Shown here one piece after another: positions 1-9,750 of a DNA stretch of 64,000 nt. The stretch is taken from positions 133,470 through 197,469 of the forward strand of contig JAOPTW010000014.1 of the NCBI GenBank assembly GCA_051532035.1. The letters are read 5' to 3'. A program made the position numbers and the translations under genes. The first letter of the stretch is position 1, and every line of letters begins with the position of its first letter. This DNA comes from Fibrobacterales bacterium. Its GTDB lineage: Bacteria; Fibrobacterota; Fibrobacteria; Fibrobacterales; JAOPTW01. The notes beneath the pieces were generated by a model. That model made no database searches. It was not told the origin of the DNA and was given only the letters and a program-made list of their open reading frames with translations.

Positions 1-329
1 TATATTCAATCGAAGCCTCTGATGTTACTGATGAACTCCCCCTTACGCAAATTATGGAAGGGGTCGATCGCATTGGGCAAATATCATTTGACTTTTGGAA
101 TGATGCTCCAGCAAAATCAAAGAACCTTGATTCTATTCAAAAATCACAAATTTTAAAAAATGCTACTGAAGGTGAAAATCCAAGACTCAGACTAGTAAAT
201 ATCATTTTCACCAATGATGATGACAGCTACACAATGTCATATACAACTCTTAATACTGATACCTTAGAAGGAAAATTACATTGGAAATTTCTAAGCAGTA
301 GCTGTGATCTAGATGAATGCTTTGAGTAA
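1..329 (+). CDS. 3' part of a hypothetical protein (gene begins before the window), paralog of the next gene
   Basis: Frame is open from position 3 to the stop at 329. C-terminus (NATEGENPRL..IIFTNDDDSY..HWKFLSSSCDLDECFE) aligns by eye with the C-terminus of 756..1664. Confidence 0.75.
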   Translation, partial: YSIEASDVTDELPLTQIMEGVDRIGQISFDFWNDAPAKSKNLDSIQKSQILKNATEGENPRLRLVNIIFTNDDDSYTMSYTTLNTDTLEGKLHWKFLSSSCDLDECFE

Positions 330-362
330 GTAACCAAAATTAATCAGCAAACTTTTATAGAC

Positions 363-391
363 AAAAAGCCTACCACTCCGGTAGGCTTTTT
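363..391 (+). terminator. intrinsic terminator
   Basis: AAAAAGCCTACC-ACTCC-GGTAGGCTTTTT hairpin with T tail, downstream of the stop at 329. Confidence 0.8.
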
Positions 392-755
392 GTCTTTTTA
401 TAAATAATCTCAAGCTGCCTTTTCCCTATATCACCCCCAATTGATCTAGCTATAAAAAACTTTGTAAAAAAATTATAACGTACTATAATATCTAAGCCAA
501 CAATCCACCGCTCGACATAGACAATTATTAACGATGTAAAAATATCAAAATACAACAAAATCGCTACATCACAATAAATCGAACACTATAAACAATATCG
601 TAGACAAATATTATCAATTTATTCAAGACCAGTATTTTTTTTACTTTGTCCGGGTAAAACTGAGCGTTTTGAGCCAAAAACCTAACATTGCATTACCTGA
701 ATTAAGAATTTATATTATTGTAACTGGGACACATATACTAACAAATGAGAACATT

Positions 756-1664
756 ATGAATTACACCGTACATACGTTAATAGGCATTTTCTGCATTGGA
801 ACATTATTTATTGCATGTGATAAAGAACTATCACCACTTCCTGTAGAAAATAACAATTCAACAACTTCAGAAAACTCATCTGAATCAGAACAGAGTCAAC
901 CCAATGGGAACTCATCAATAGAAGAAGGTGTATCTTCTATAATTTCATCATCCTCTTCTGTTAGTTCACCAAATTACCCTTCTAGTTCTTCAAAACTTAC
1001 AGATCAAAATAGCTCTAGCTCAATGACATCATCAGATGATGAATCAAGCTCTACAAATGAATCATCGTCTGAAGCTACTCCACCATCTTCATCTTCTTCG
1101 GAGAAACCAGAAGAAACAAAGTGCACAGAGTATGAAGAAATTACCTGCTTACAAGAACTAAGACCCTATTACGACAAAAATACAGTACAGACTAACTATG
1201 AAGATGGTGAATTTTATTTTTTCGAAGTTGGATTTGATACCATAAAAAAATACAATTGTCAAATTTGTAGCGACACTATTACACACTCAAAAGTTGAGAT
1301 TAAATTTATAGAAGATTGTGATTTAGATAACCAATGGTGTATTGACACAAGATCTAAAACAATCAACAAGAACCTAGATGAGATTTCAACGAGTATGGAA
1401 GTGCCCGAAGGATTTGACCCACAATTTTATTTAACCTTTAATTATTTATCGAAAGTCTCCAAGTCAGACTATTCATTTGAAGCAGATTTGGCTAATATCA
1501 CTAGAGGCACAAGACCATTTGTACAATTTTATTCTATTACCTTTACTGATGAGACTGGAGGCTACATACAAAGATTTAGTATAGAAGATGAAGGCATTGT
1601 AGATAGCCACCACTATTGGAAAGAAAAAGGGTCTACTTGTGATATAGATGAATGCTTTAATTAA
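756..1664 (+). CDS. lipoprotein with Ser-rich linker and Cys-containing C-terminal domain, function unknown
   Basis: ORF 669..1664. Likely start ATG 756 gives signal peptide plus lipobox (LFIAC), a long Ser-rich linker, and ends GSTCDIDECFN. Confidence 0.8.
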   Translation: MNYTVHTLIGIFCIGTLFIACDKELSPLPVENNNSTTSENSSESEQSQPNGNSSIEEGVSSIISSSSSVSSPNYPSSSSKLTDQNSSSSMTSSDDESSSTNESSSEATPPSSSSSEKPEETKCTEYEEITCLQELRPYYDKNTVQTNYEDGEFYFFEVGFDTIKKYNCQICSDTITHSKVEIKFIEDCDLDNQWCIDTRSKTINKNLDEISTSMEVPEGFDPQFYLTFNYLSKVSKSDYSFEADLANITRGTRPFVQFYSITFTDETGGYIQRFSIEDEGIVDSHHYWKEKGSTCDIDECFN

Positions 1665-1699
1665 TTCTCATTGTACTCAATCTTGAAACCAGATGACTT

Positions 1700-1742
1700 A
1701 TAATAAAAGCCTCACTTCAATTTGAAGTGAGGCTTTTATTAT
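1700..1742. terminator. bidirectional intrinsic terminator
   Basis: Perfect 21-bp inverted repeat ATAATAAAAGCCTCACTTCAA-T-TTGAAGTGAGGCTTTTATTAT between convergent genes. Confidence 0.85.
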
Positions 1743-1915
1743 CTCTATCAGTATAACATTGTCAGTATCGTTCTTACTCAATCAACTCACAATGTTTCTC
1801 ATCACCATTCAGATCAGTGCTCCATCTATAACTTTTTATATCCGAGAAGGGCACAGCAACTAATTACCGAACTCTGAAAAGCTTTTCACTAATCACACTC
1901 AAAAAGAATATGCAT

Positions 1916-3889
1916 CTATTCTTCAGCAACCGCTTCACACAGTCTATCAGTTTCATTTAAATCGATACACCATTTATCAACTTTATGGCCAATATAAATA
2001 TTCCTAACAGTGCATGCTGTACTTAACTCAAAAAAGGTTACCACTCTCGTTGCATGCCCATCGGCAAATATATCCGCCATAGGGATACTGATTTCTTCCC
2101 AGGTATTCGTATGCATATATTTATATTCGGTTAACTTAGTATTCCATGCGCGGGCCGTGCCACTCGGCGCTCTATATCGACCCCAATATTCAACACCAAT
2201 ATCATTACATTTAATTTCAAAAGAAAGGATACCATCCATCCAATAGGTTAAATCAGTTTCGCCAGCCAGTATTCCATTACCTGAATTAGGCTCAACTACA
2301 AATTTCCCACCTACCCACACACCATCATAGGGCGCTTCAGATGCAAAATCAACACTATCACTATTATAACTATCTTTATCAATAATCAGCATACTATCAT
2401 TCACCACATAATACTGCTCACACACCGCCAAACCATCACAACCCGTATCATCACAATCCGTTGCACCATCATCATCGTTATCAACACCGTCACTACACTG
2501 TTCGGGAGTACTCTCTTTAATAGCACATATATCAAAACACTGTGGGTCTGCACAATCAATCAGTTTATCGCCATCATTATCAATATTATCGGTACATTTA
2601 TCGACTGTATTTTCATCCTTAAGTTTACACACGTCAAAGCCACTACAATTCAAGGTATCGAGGCAATCGATAAATTCATTCCCATCATTGTCCAAACCAT
2701 CGTCACACTTAGCGGCCGTGTTTTCAAACTCTGCACAAATTACGAGCTCTCCACAGCTACTATCCTCACAATCTATTTTGCCATCACTATCGTTGTCCTC
2801 TCCATCACTACACTGCTCTGTACTTGCTTCGATTTCACTACACACCTCTAGTCCTTTACAATCTGAGTCCAGACAATCGATAAGTGAATCACTATCATTA
2901 TCCTTTCCATCATTACAAAGGAGCACAGTGTTTTCACTTGGGTTACACACCTCTAAAACCGAACAATCAGGGTCAGCGCAATCAATTTTATTATCACCAT
3001 CATTATCATGATTATCAACACACAACTGGTAGGTATTCTCGTACTTCCCTGCACAAACAGGAAACCCAGAACAATCTTCGATATCATCACAATCAGTCGC
3101 CCCATCACCATCATTGTCTAGGCCATCGGCACATTTAGAAGATGTATTTTCATACCCTTTACATACCTCGAGTTCGCCACAGCTATTATCATCACAGTCT
3201 ATTTTTTTATCTGAATCATTATCAATACCATCGCTACACATTGTGGGATTGTTTTCACTTTCACTACACACCGGTAAATCGAAACAATTCGGGTCCAAGC
3301 AATCTGTTAAATCATTTTTATCGTTATCAAACTCATCTGAACAGAGCTCATTGGTATTCTCTTGAGAGTTACACACCTTAAATACTTGGCACTGACTATC
3401 AAAGCAATCGATAAAGCCATCTCTATCATTATCAACACCATCAGTACAAAGAGTTGGTGTTGCTTCGTAATCGCCACACAATGGATTTACCCCAAAGCAT
3501 TGAGGGTCATCACAGTCAACGAGTGAGTCTCCATCATTATCACTCATATCTGAACAGAGCTCCAAAGTTATTTCACCGCAAAAACCGTTATCATAACAGT
3601 CTTTGTCATTACAATCCAGATACCCATCATCATCGTTATCTACTGAGTCTTTGCACATTTCAAGGGAGTTTTCAAAACTGCAGGCCCCTTCGACAACGAG
3701 ACAGCTGGGATCATTACAATCGATCAACCCATCGTCATCGTTGTCTCTATTATCCTGACATTTCTCAATGGTATTTTCGAAAACAGTAATGTCTGGGTCT
3801 TCATTTAAATCAAGGTTATCAGAATTAAATTGATCAGTGCATGAAACCAACAAGAGAAGTTCCAAAAGAAAAAGAGTGATTTTAAACAT
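1916..3889 (-). CDS. surface lipoprotein with 13 Cys/Asp-rich repeats and a C-terminal CBM-like domain
   Basis: Lipobox LLVSC. 13 copies of an ~35-aa unit with 4 Cys and a DNDxD core. C-terminus LSFEIKC..WEEISIPMADIF..VRNIYI resembles galactose-binding-fold CBMs. Start could be 3901. Confidence 0.8.
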   Translation of the reverse strand: MFKITLFLLELLLLVSCTDQFNSDNLDLNEDPDITVFENTIEKCQDNRDNDDDGLIDCNDPSCLVVEGACSFENSLEMCKDSVDNDDDGYLDCNDKDCYDNGFCGEITLELCSDMSDNDGDSLVDCDDPQCFGVNPLCGDYEATPTLCTDGVDNDRDGFIDCFDSQCQVFKVCNSQENTNELCSDEFDNDKNDLTDCLDPNCFDLPVCSESENNPTMCSDGIDNDSDKKIDCDDNSCGELEVCKGYENTSSKCADGLDNDGDGATDCDDIEDCSGFPVCAGKYENTYQLCVDNHDNDGDNKIDCADPDCSVLEVCNPSENTVLLCNDGKDNDSDSLIDCLDSDCKGLEVCSEIEASTEQCSDGEDNDSDGKIDCEDSSCGELVICAEFENTAAKCDDGLDNDGNEFIDCLDTLNCSGFDVCKLKDENTVDKCTDNIDNDGDKLIDCADPQCFDICAIKESTPEQCSDGVDNDDDGATDCDDTGCDGLAVCEQYYVVNDSMLIIDKDSYNSDSVDFASEAPYDGVWVGGKFVVEPNSGNGILAGETDLTYWMDGILSFEIKCNDIGVEYWGRYRAPSGTARAWNTKLTEYKYMHTNTWEEISIPMADIFADGHATRVVTFFELSTACTVRNIYIGHKVDKWCIDLNETDRLCEAVAEE

Positions 3890-4038
3890 AATTGCCCCCA
3901 AATATGTATATCGTGGATTTATACTACCACTTGTGTGTGTGTTAATCCATTATAATATACCTTAAAAAGGGGGATTCACTTTTTGAGCAAATGCTTATTT
4001 TACACGAATCAGGAGGGAAGTGTTTCAAAAGTGTGCAT

Positions 4039-4070
4039 AAAAAAAGCTCAACGGTTTAACTGTTGAGCTC
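4039..4070 (-). terminator. intrinsic terminator downstream of the NUDIX regulator
   Basis: Minus strand reads GAGCTCAACAG-TTAAA-CCGTTGAGC-TTTTTTT. Confidence 0.7.
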
Positions 4071-4124
4071 AATCTGTATGATTTTTTAGATTAATGGCGT
4101 ATCGCTAACAAAATGGAATAATTG

Positions 4125-4817
4125 TTAAACATCAAATACAAATCCATTTTTAACTAGTGCTCGATACTTTTTGATATCGAAACTATACAGTGCGGCAGCT
4201 CTATGCGCTACCCCTTGTTGCTTCTCCCCCAAATCGACCAAAAAGTCTTTTTTGAGAATCTTCTTGAGGAAATTACGTTTGTCGAGTTTTTTGTCCAATA
4301 TAGCTTCATACATCGTATGAAGCTCTGTAAGGGTGAATTTCTTCGGAAGCAACTCAAAGCCTATTGGGACATAGTTAACCTTGTGTTTGAGGGTCTCAAG
4401 GGCTTTTTTGACAACATCCTTATGGTCAAAGACCATCTTTGGCACACGCTTCACCTTGTGCCATCTAATCTCCTCGACAACTCGTCCTTTTTTAAGGTCA
4501 AAGTGCTCAGGATTAATTAAGGCAAAATGGGCAATAGTAATAACACGATCATCCTCCACCCGATTAGCCTCACCAAAAACATGGAATTGTTCCAAGTAGA
4601 CACCTTTCACACCAGTAAGCTCTTCAAGTACTCTATTAGCGGCGCTGTCCATATCCTCTTTTGGAAGCACATAGCCCCCTGGGATTGCCCAATAGCGTTT
4701 ATCAGTAGACTCAACCCGTTGAATACAGAGGACGTGTAACTCCCCATCTTTTACCCCGAATAGAACAAAATCGAGCGATACGTTTGCCAAAAATCCGTTA
4801 GGGTTTACCATTGTCAT
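4125..4817 (-). CDS. nrtR: NrtR-family transcriptional regulator (NUDIX + winged HTH)
   Basis: N-terminal SLDFVLFG, WAIPGG, degenerate Nudix box AANRVLEELTG, FDH; C-terminal FTLTELH..YEAIL..DKRNF..HRAAALY typical of NrtR. Confidence 0.85.
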   Translation of the reverse strand: MTMVNPNGFLANVSLDFVLFGVKDGELHVLCIQRVESTDKRYWAIPGGYVLPKEDMDSAANRVLEELTGVKGVYLEQFHVFGEANRVEDDRVITIAHFALINPEHFDLKKGRVVEEIRWHKVKRVPKMVFDHKDVVKKALETLKHKVNYVPIGFELLPKKFTLTELHTMYEAILDKKLDKRNFLKKILKKDFLVDLGEKQQGVAHRAAALYSFDIKKYRALVKNGFVFDV

Positions 4818-4939
4818 GTGTTGTGCCTTTAGATGACTCTCATTATTTCATAAATGTACATATTACAGTTATCTGGTCAAGTCGAGAAATACGTGCTCTT
4901 TATCAGGGCAAATAGACTCTAAATTATCTATAACTAGTT

Positions 4940-5806
4940 TTAATATACAAATATTGGAAGCTGAGGAAGAGTATTTTGGATACTCTTTTGAAGTGCCATA
5001 AGAGTATCATTCTCAACACCACCACAATAAGATTCAGTGGTTTGTCGTGCTACAGAATAGAGTTGAACACCTTTTACATTAGTACTGCCACTCTCTACAA
5101 TCTTCTGTAACTGGGCTATGTATGCCTCGGTTTCTGCCTCATCAAAGGTCTTACCTTTTACCGAACAGATCATTGTCTGTACCTGAATAGGTATATGACG
5201 TGCAGTATCCGCAATGGTTTGCACGACACTGTCGAGAGAAAAAGATGAACGGTCAACAATATCGAACCACTCTTGAGTGCCCGCATCGAGCTTGGTCCAG
5301 AGCTCCCCATCAGTAGCAGTCAAATAACCCACGCCCTCTTTTACTGACGCTCTTGTCAGCATTGTTGCATTGGTTATGAGCACTAATTTAATATTGAGGT
5401 CGGTATGAGTTTGTTGTATTTTAGCAACCATCTTACACACGTCTAAAAACTCAGGACGAGTTGTTGCTTCACCATCGCCAGAGATGGAGATATCTTTGAG
5501 AACTTTTTTATCAGCGGGTATATTTTTAAACGCCCCAAAACTCCCCAGTTCACCTGAGCGATATTCCTGGATAATTTGGGTCAATTCTTTATGAAGTAAT
5601 TCTAAGGAAAACTGCGGTTGTTCATCAGAGTCAGTTCGATCTACCTGACAATAGACACAGCTGTAATTACATTTTTTATTAATATTGAGGTTCACCCCAA
5701 TAGATATCCCCCCTGCTCTGCGAGAGACAACAGGGTAGACATAGGTATTGTTCTCGAATCGACGAGAGTGATCGGCGTATGCTGAATTGAGATCTGAATT
5801 AGCCAT
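4940..5806 (-). CDS. radical SAM protein (COG0731 / TYW1-like)
   Basis: CxxxCxxC motif CNYSCVYC preceded by VYPVVSRRAGGISIGVNL; also SGDGEAT, LITNAT and KLDAG. Confidence 0.85.
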   Translation of the reverse strand: MANSDLNSAYADHSRRFENNTYVYPVVSRRAGGISIGVNLNINKKCNYSCVYCQVDRTDSDEQPQFSLELLHKELTQIIQEYRSGELGSFGAFKNIPADKKVLKDISISGDGEATTRPEFLDVCKMVAKIQQTHTDLNIKLVLITNATMLTRASVKEGVGYLTATDGELWTKLDAGTQEWFDIVDRSSFSLDSVVQTIADTARHIPIQVQTMICSVKGKTFDEAETEAYIAQLQKIVESGSTNVKGVQLYSVARQTTESYCGGVENDTLMALQKSIQNTLPQLPIFVY

Positions 5807-5872
5807 AGGAACTCTCTGAAATACTGTGCATGTATCACCAAGTATTACTACTCAATGATACATACCCAATAG

Positions 5873-7699
5873 TTATTCTATTTCGCCACCCTGCTTCGCT
5901 ATCTGCTTTCTCTTATTTTCATCTAAATAGAGTTTACGGACACGAAGGGCTTCTGGAGTGATCTCTACCACTTCATCAGGATTGATAAAAGTTACACACT
6001 CTTCGAGAGACATTTTTTTGTATGGAGAAACAGTCGTTGCATCATCAGCTCCTGAAGAGCGAATATTAGTCTGCTGTTTACCTCTGGTACAGTTCACAAT
6101 AATGTCGGTGTCTTTATTGTGTTCACCAACAATCATACCTGGATATACTTCAGTTCCCGGAGGAAGAATCATCACACCACGGTCTTCAAGTTTCCACAGT
6201 GCATAGGCAGTAGTATCACCTGCTTCTTTCGCAATAAGAACACCATTTTTACGTGACTGAATTTCACCTTTATATGGTTCATAGCCTCTAAAAATAGATT
6301 GGCTAATTGCATACCCTTTTGAGAGAGAGAGAAGAATAGGGCGAACGCCAATAAGTGCACGTGACGGAATTGCATACTCTACATGAACCGAATCACCTTC
6401 GTGATGCATATCAAGCATTTCACCTTTACGTTTACCCAGTTCATCAATAATTGATCCACTGAATTCATTTGGCACTTCAACGCTGAATGTTTCTATTGGT
6501 TCGAGAGTTTTGCCACCTTCTTTATGGAAAATTACTTTCGGTGCTCCAACCGAGAACTCATAGAGTTCACGACGCATATTCTCAATAAGAATAGTAAGGT
6601 GTAGTACACCACGTCCCGCTACAATGAAAGTACCTGGAAGAGGACTTTTTTCTATTTTAAGAGCAGGGTCAGCCATTTGAGCACGCATAAGACGAGCCTC
6701 TAGGTGATTACCTGTCAAGAATTTACCACCAAACTGACCACAGAGTGGAGAATCATTAATACTAAAGTTCATAGAAAGTGTTGGTGGATCAATTGCAATA
6801 CGCTCATACGCTTTTGGACGATCTGCATGAGAAAGTGTATCTCCAATATCAAATTCCGAAACACCTGCGAGAGATACAATATCTCCAAACTGTGCCATTG
6901 GTACTTCTGTAAGTTCAATACCTTCGTAACGCATGATTTTTTGGAGACGAATTTTTTTGAACGTTCCATCAGGGTGTGACTGATTAAGAGTCTGGCCCAC
7001 TTTAAGACTTCCTGTCTCAAGACGACCTACAGCCAAACGACCAAGAAAATCAGAATATTGAAGTGAACTAATCTGTAAAATAGGATCAGCTTCGAGATCA
7101 CCATGTGGTGCGTCAACTTCTGTAAGTATCATATCCAAGAGCGGTACAAGGTCACTATCTGCATCGGGCATCTCTTTACGGCAAGTACCAGCACGACCAC
7201 ACGCAAACATGTATGGGAAGTTCAACTGCTCTTCATTTGCATCAAGATCACAAAATAGATCAAATACTTTATCAAGTGCACCTTGAGGGTCACATCCATC
7301 ACGGTCGATTTTATTGATCACTACAATAGGCTTAAGACCACGAGCAAGTGCTTTTTTTGTCACAAAGCGAGTCTGAGCCATTGGGCCGTCCCACGCATCA
7401 ACAATAAGGAGAACCCCATCAACAGTTCCAAGTACACGTTCTACCTGACCACCAAAGTCGGCGTGACCCGGGGTATCTACGATATTGATTCGTGTACCTT
7501 TAAAATTAATAGATGCTTGAGCAGATAAGATGGTAATACCACGCTCTTTTTCGATATCATCACTATCGAGTGCACGCTCTTCGGTTTCCTGATGTTCTCG
7601 GTATGCGCCCCCTTGTTTAAGGAGCCCATCTACGAGTGTCGTCTTCCCGTGGTCAACGTGTGCAATAATTGCGATATTTCTTAATTCTGTAGTACTCAT
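5873..7699 (-). CDS. typA: translational GTPase TypA/BipA
   Basis: LRNIAIIAHVDHGKTTLVD, ERGITI, DTPGHADFGGQVER, NKID, GRGVLHL and C-terminal TNIRSSGAD. Confidence 0.97.
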   Translation of the reverse strand: MSTTELRNIAIIAHVDHGKTTLVDGLLKQGGAYREHQETEERALDSDDIEKERGITILSAQASINFKGTRINIVDTPGHADFGGQVERVLGTVDGVLLIVDAWDGPMAQTRFVTKKALARGLKPIVVINKIDRDGCDPQGALDKVFDLFCDLDANEEQLNFPYMFACGRAGTCRKEMPDADSDLVPLLDMILTEVDAPHGDLEADPILQISSLQYSDFLGRLAVGRLETGSLKVGQTLNQSHPDGTFKKIRLQKIMRYEGIELTEVPMAQFGDIVSLAGVSEFDIGDTLSHADRPKAYERIAIDPPTLSMNFSINDSPLCGQFGGKFLTGNHLEARLMRAQMADPALKIEKSPLPGTFIVAGRGVLHLTILIENMRRELYEFSVGAPKVIFHKEGGKTLEPIETFSVEVPNEFSGSIIDELGKRKGEMLDMHHEGDSVHVEYAIPSRALIGVRPILLSLSKGYAISQSIFRGYEPYKGEIQSRKNGVLIAKEAGDTTAYALWKLEDRGVMILPPGTEVYPGMIVGEHNKDTDIIVNCTRGKQQTNIRSSGADDATTVSPYKKMSLEECVTFINPDEVVEITPEALRVRKLYLDENKRKQIAKQGGEIE

Positions 7700-7802
7700 C
7701 TCAACCTGATATTCTATATATTTCGCCCAAATTTAGTTAAAATGATCTCCAATAGAGAGCAATCAACCTTAATTAAACCAGAATTGCTATTTTAAAGCCT
7801 AT

Positions 7803-8858
7803 ATGAGACAGCAAACACTAAAAATTCTCCATTTATGTATCCTTGGATTTCTATTCCAACCGCTTTTAATTTTTGCGGCGACAGTAGAAGACTTGAATCC
7901 CAATGACCTATTGAAAGAACAATTAATAGAGCTAAACAGCGGATTACCCCCTGAAGCATCACACTACTTTTTTGTCGACCACTATTTTACTCCAAGTGCA
8001 CAATCAATCCCTCTTACTACACCCTATGGAGAAATCAATGGCTTCCCTTTTAAACAGCAGCTCGGTGCCGCCGTACTTGACACCATTAAAAAGCGTTCAT
8101 GGCATATGGGTTTCAACTATCTCTATACACGAAGAGGGTGGTCTAAAAAGGATTTCTTAATCTACCCTGAGTATGAAAACCACACCGAGGCCTATTCAAG
8201 CCATATGTTTGGCCTTATCTATGCCCGGAGCAAACAGCATTTTCTCTTTAACACAGGTGCTGTGTACCAAAACAATTTAGAAAAATCTCAAACCATACAA
8301 AAGCACCACCCGAGTCGTTTTCTTGGCTATTCCAGCATTCACTTTCAGGGCGCCTATGCAACGTGCGCCTACCGTACCTCAATTGAACAATGCCATGTAG
8401 AGATTCAACTTCACGAACGCCTCTTTCGCGGTACAGGCTTTCATCAATACCTCCCCGACCTCTCGTTCTCTTATGAGAAAAAAAGTACTCCATCATTTCT
8501 CTACTCTCTTGAGCAACATCTTTACGATAACAAACTGTATGCAACCTTGAGTGCAACCCACAATGACCCATGGTTTTCATCAGGGCTTCTCACTTGGTAT
8601 TTTGACAAAGGGCGTTTTTTAAAAGCTGAGTTCTCTTCGTATTTAGACTCAAATGAAAAACTGCAACTCGGCGGTGAACTCTCTATTCTTTTTGCACGCC
8701 TTGCATACAACCACCCTAAAGAGTACCACTCATTTATGGGGGCAACACAACGATTTGCCTTTGAACTGGTCTTTCACCTCTCATCGATTAATGGACCTGT
8801 TGCGCCTCGTGCTGTTGGCCAAAGTGAAATGACCCAAACGACAATCGAGAAGCAATAA
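7803..8858 (+). CDS. secreted, probably outer-membrane hypothetical protein
   Basis: 351-aa ORF with signal peptide and aromatic-rich alternating beta-strand pattern. Confidence 0.6.
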   Translation: MRQQTLKILHLCILGFLFQPLLIFAATVEDLNPNDLLKEQLIELNSGLPPEASHYFFVDHYFTPSAQSIPLTTPYGEINGFPFKQQLGAAVLDTIKKRSWHMGFNYLYTRRGWSKKDFLIYPEYENHTEAYSSHMFGLIYARSKQHFLFNTGAVYQNNLEKSQTIQKHHPSRFLGYSSIHFQGAYATCAYRTSIEQCHVEIQLHERLFRGTGFHQYLPDLSFSYEKKSTPSFLYSLEQHLYDNKLYATLSATHNDPWFSSGLLTWYFDKGRFLKAEFSSYLDSNEKLQLGGELSILFARLAYNHPKEYHSFMGATQRFAFELVFHLSSINGPVAPRAVGQSEMTQTTIEKQ

Positions 8859-8861
8859 CCT

Positions 8862-9236
8862 ATGAAAAAAATGTTTGTTCTTGCCCTGCTCTCTCTTTCG
8901 CTTATGCAGTGCGTTATGCACTACCTTAATGAGTCGAAAGCCCGGATCCAACTTCTTAATGGTTCTCCCTATTCTATTACCAATTTGAACATCATTGCTG
9001 TTGATCAGTCAGCTGAACCTATTGTACTTATTAACGATACCATCCAACCTGACAGCATCTCTTGGGTGGCTCAAACAGATTTCACTGGTACTTTTAACCT
9101 CTCGCTCCACATCTTTGACACCCTCTCCCCTCGCACTGTCGATACCACTCTTATTTTTTATAGCAGAGAGCTCTCCGCAGAATCAATTCGTTTTCTGTTC
9201 ACTTGGGATAGTATTCCACAGCTAACCGTGCAGTAG
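8862..9236 (+). CDS. hypothetical lipoprotein
   Basis: MKKMFVLALLSLSLMQC signal/lipobox-like N-terminus; 3 nt after the upstream stop. Confidence 0.65.
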   Translation: MKKMFVLALLSLSLMQCVMHYLNESKARIQLLNGSPYSITNLNIIAVDQSAEPIVLINDTIQPDSISWVAQTDFTGTFNLSLHIFDTLSPRTVDTTLIFYSRELSAESIRFLFTWDSIPQLTVQ

Positions 9237-9263
9237 CACCAATCATTTATTACTTTTGAGCCT

Positions 9264-9689
9264 ATGGAAGAGAGATACCTTGGAATAGATTTTGGAGAGC
9301 GGCGCATTGGCCTTGCAGTGGGTTATAAAGAGATGGCCATTGCATTCCCCCGCGACACCCTAGATACACAACGCGTTTCGAATATTTTCGAAGCCATTGA
9401 CGCTTTTATATGCGAAGAACGCTTAGAAGCTATTGTCATTGGATACCCTGAACGGACTGATGGTAAGTTTACCGACAAAACCGTTAAAGTTGACGCATTT
9501 ATTGAGAAGCTCAAAGAGTCTCTTTCAAAACCCTACCCTATTTATAAACAGAATGAAGCGTACAGTACGGTTATTGCACAAGAGAAAACCAAGCATTACT
9601 CCAAGAAGAAAAAGCAAAATCAGAAGGGTAAGATTGATAGTGCTGCAGCGGCAGTTATTCTTCAGGAATTTCTTAATACGTCACTATAG
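9264..9689 (+). CDS. ruvX: YqgF/RuvX pre-16S rRNA nuclease
   Basis: YLGIDFGERRIGLAV, IVIGYP, NEAYST, KIDSAAAAVILQEFL. Confidence 0.95.
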   Translation: MEERYLGIDFGERRIGLAVGYKEMAIAFPRDTLDTQRVSNIFEAIDAFICEERLEAIVIGYPERTDGKFTDKTVKVDAFIEKLKESLSKPYPIYKQNEAYSTVIAQEKTKHYSKKKKQNQKGKIDSAAAAVILQEFLNTSL

Positions 9690-9750
9690 CAGTATCTATT
9701 TGCCCACAAATATCTCAGTAATACATGATCAATTTTAGATCAATTCCCCA

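Noticed and set aside
2010..3789. Several plus-strand ORFs opposite the Cys-repeat gene, and similar short shadow ORFs throughout the window
   Set aside because: Antisense or alternate-frame by-products of repetitive or biased coding sequence.
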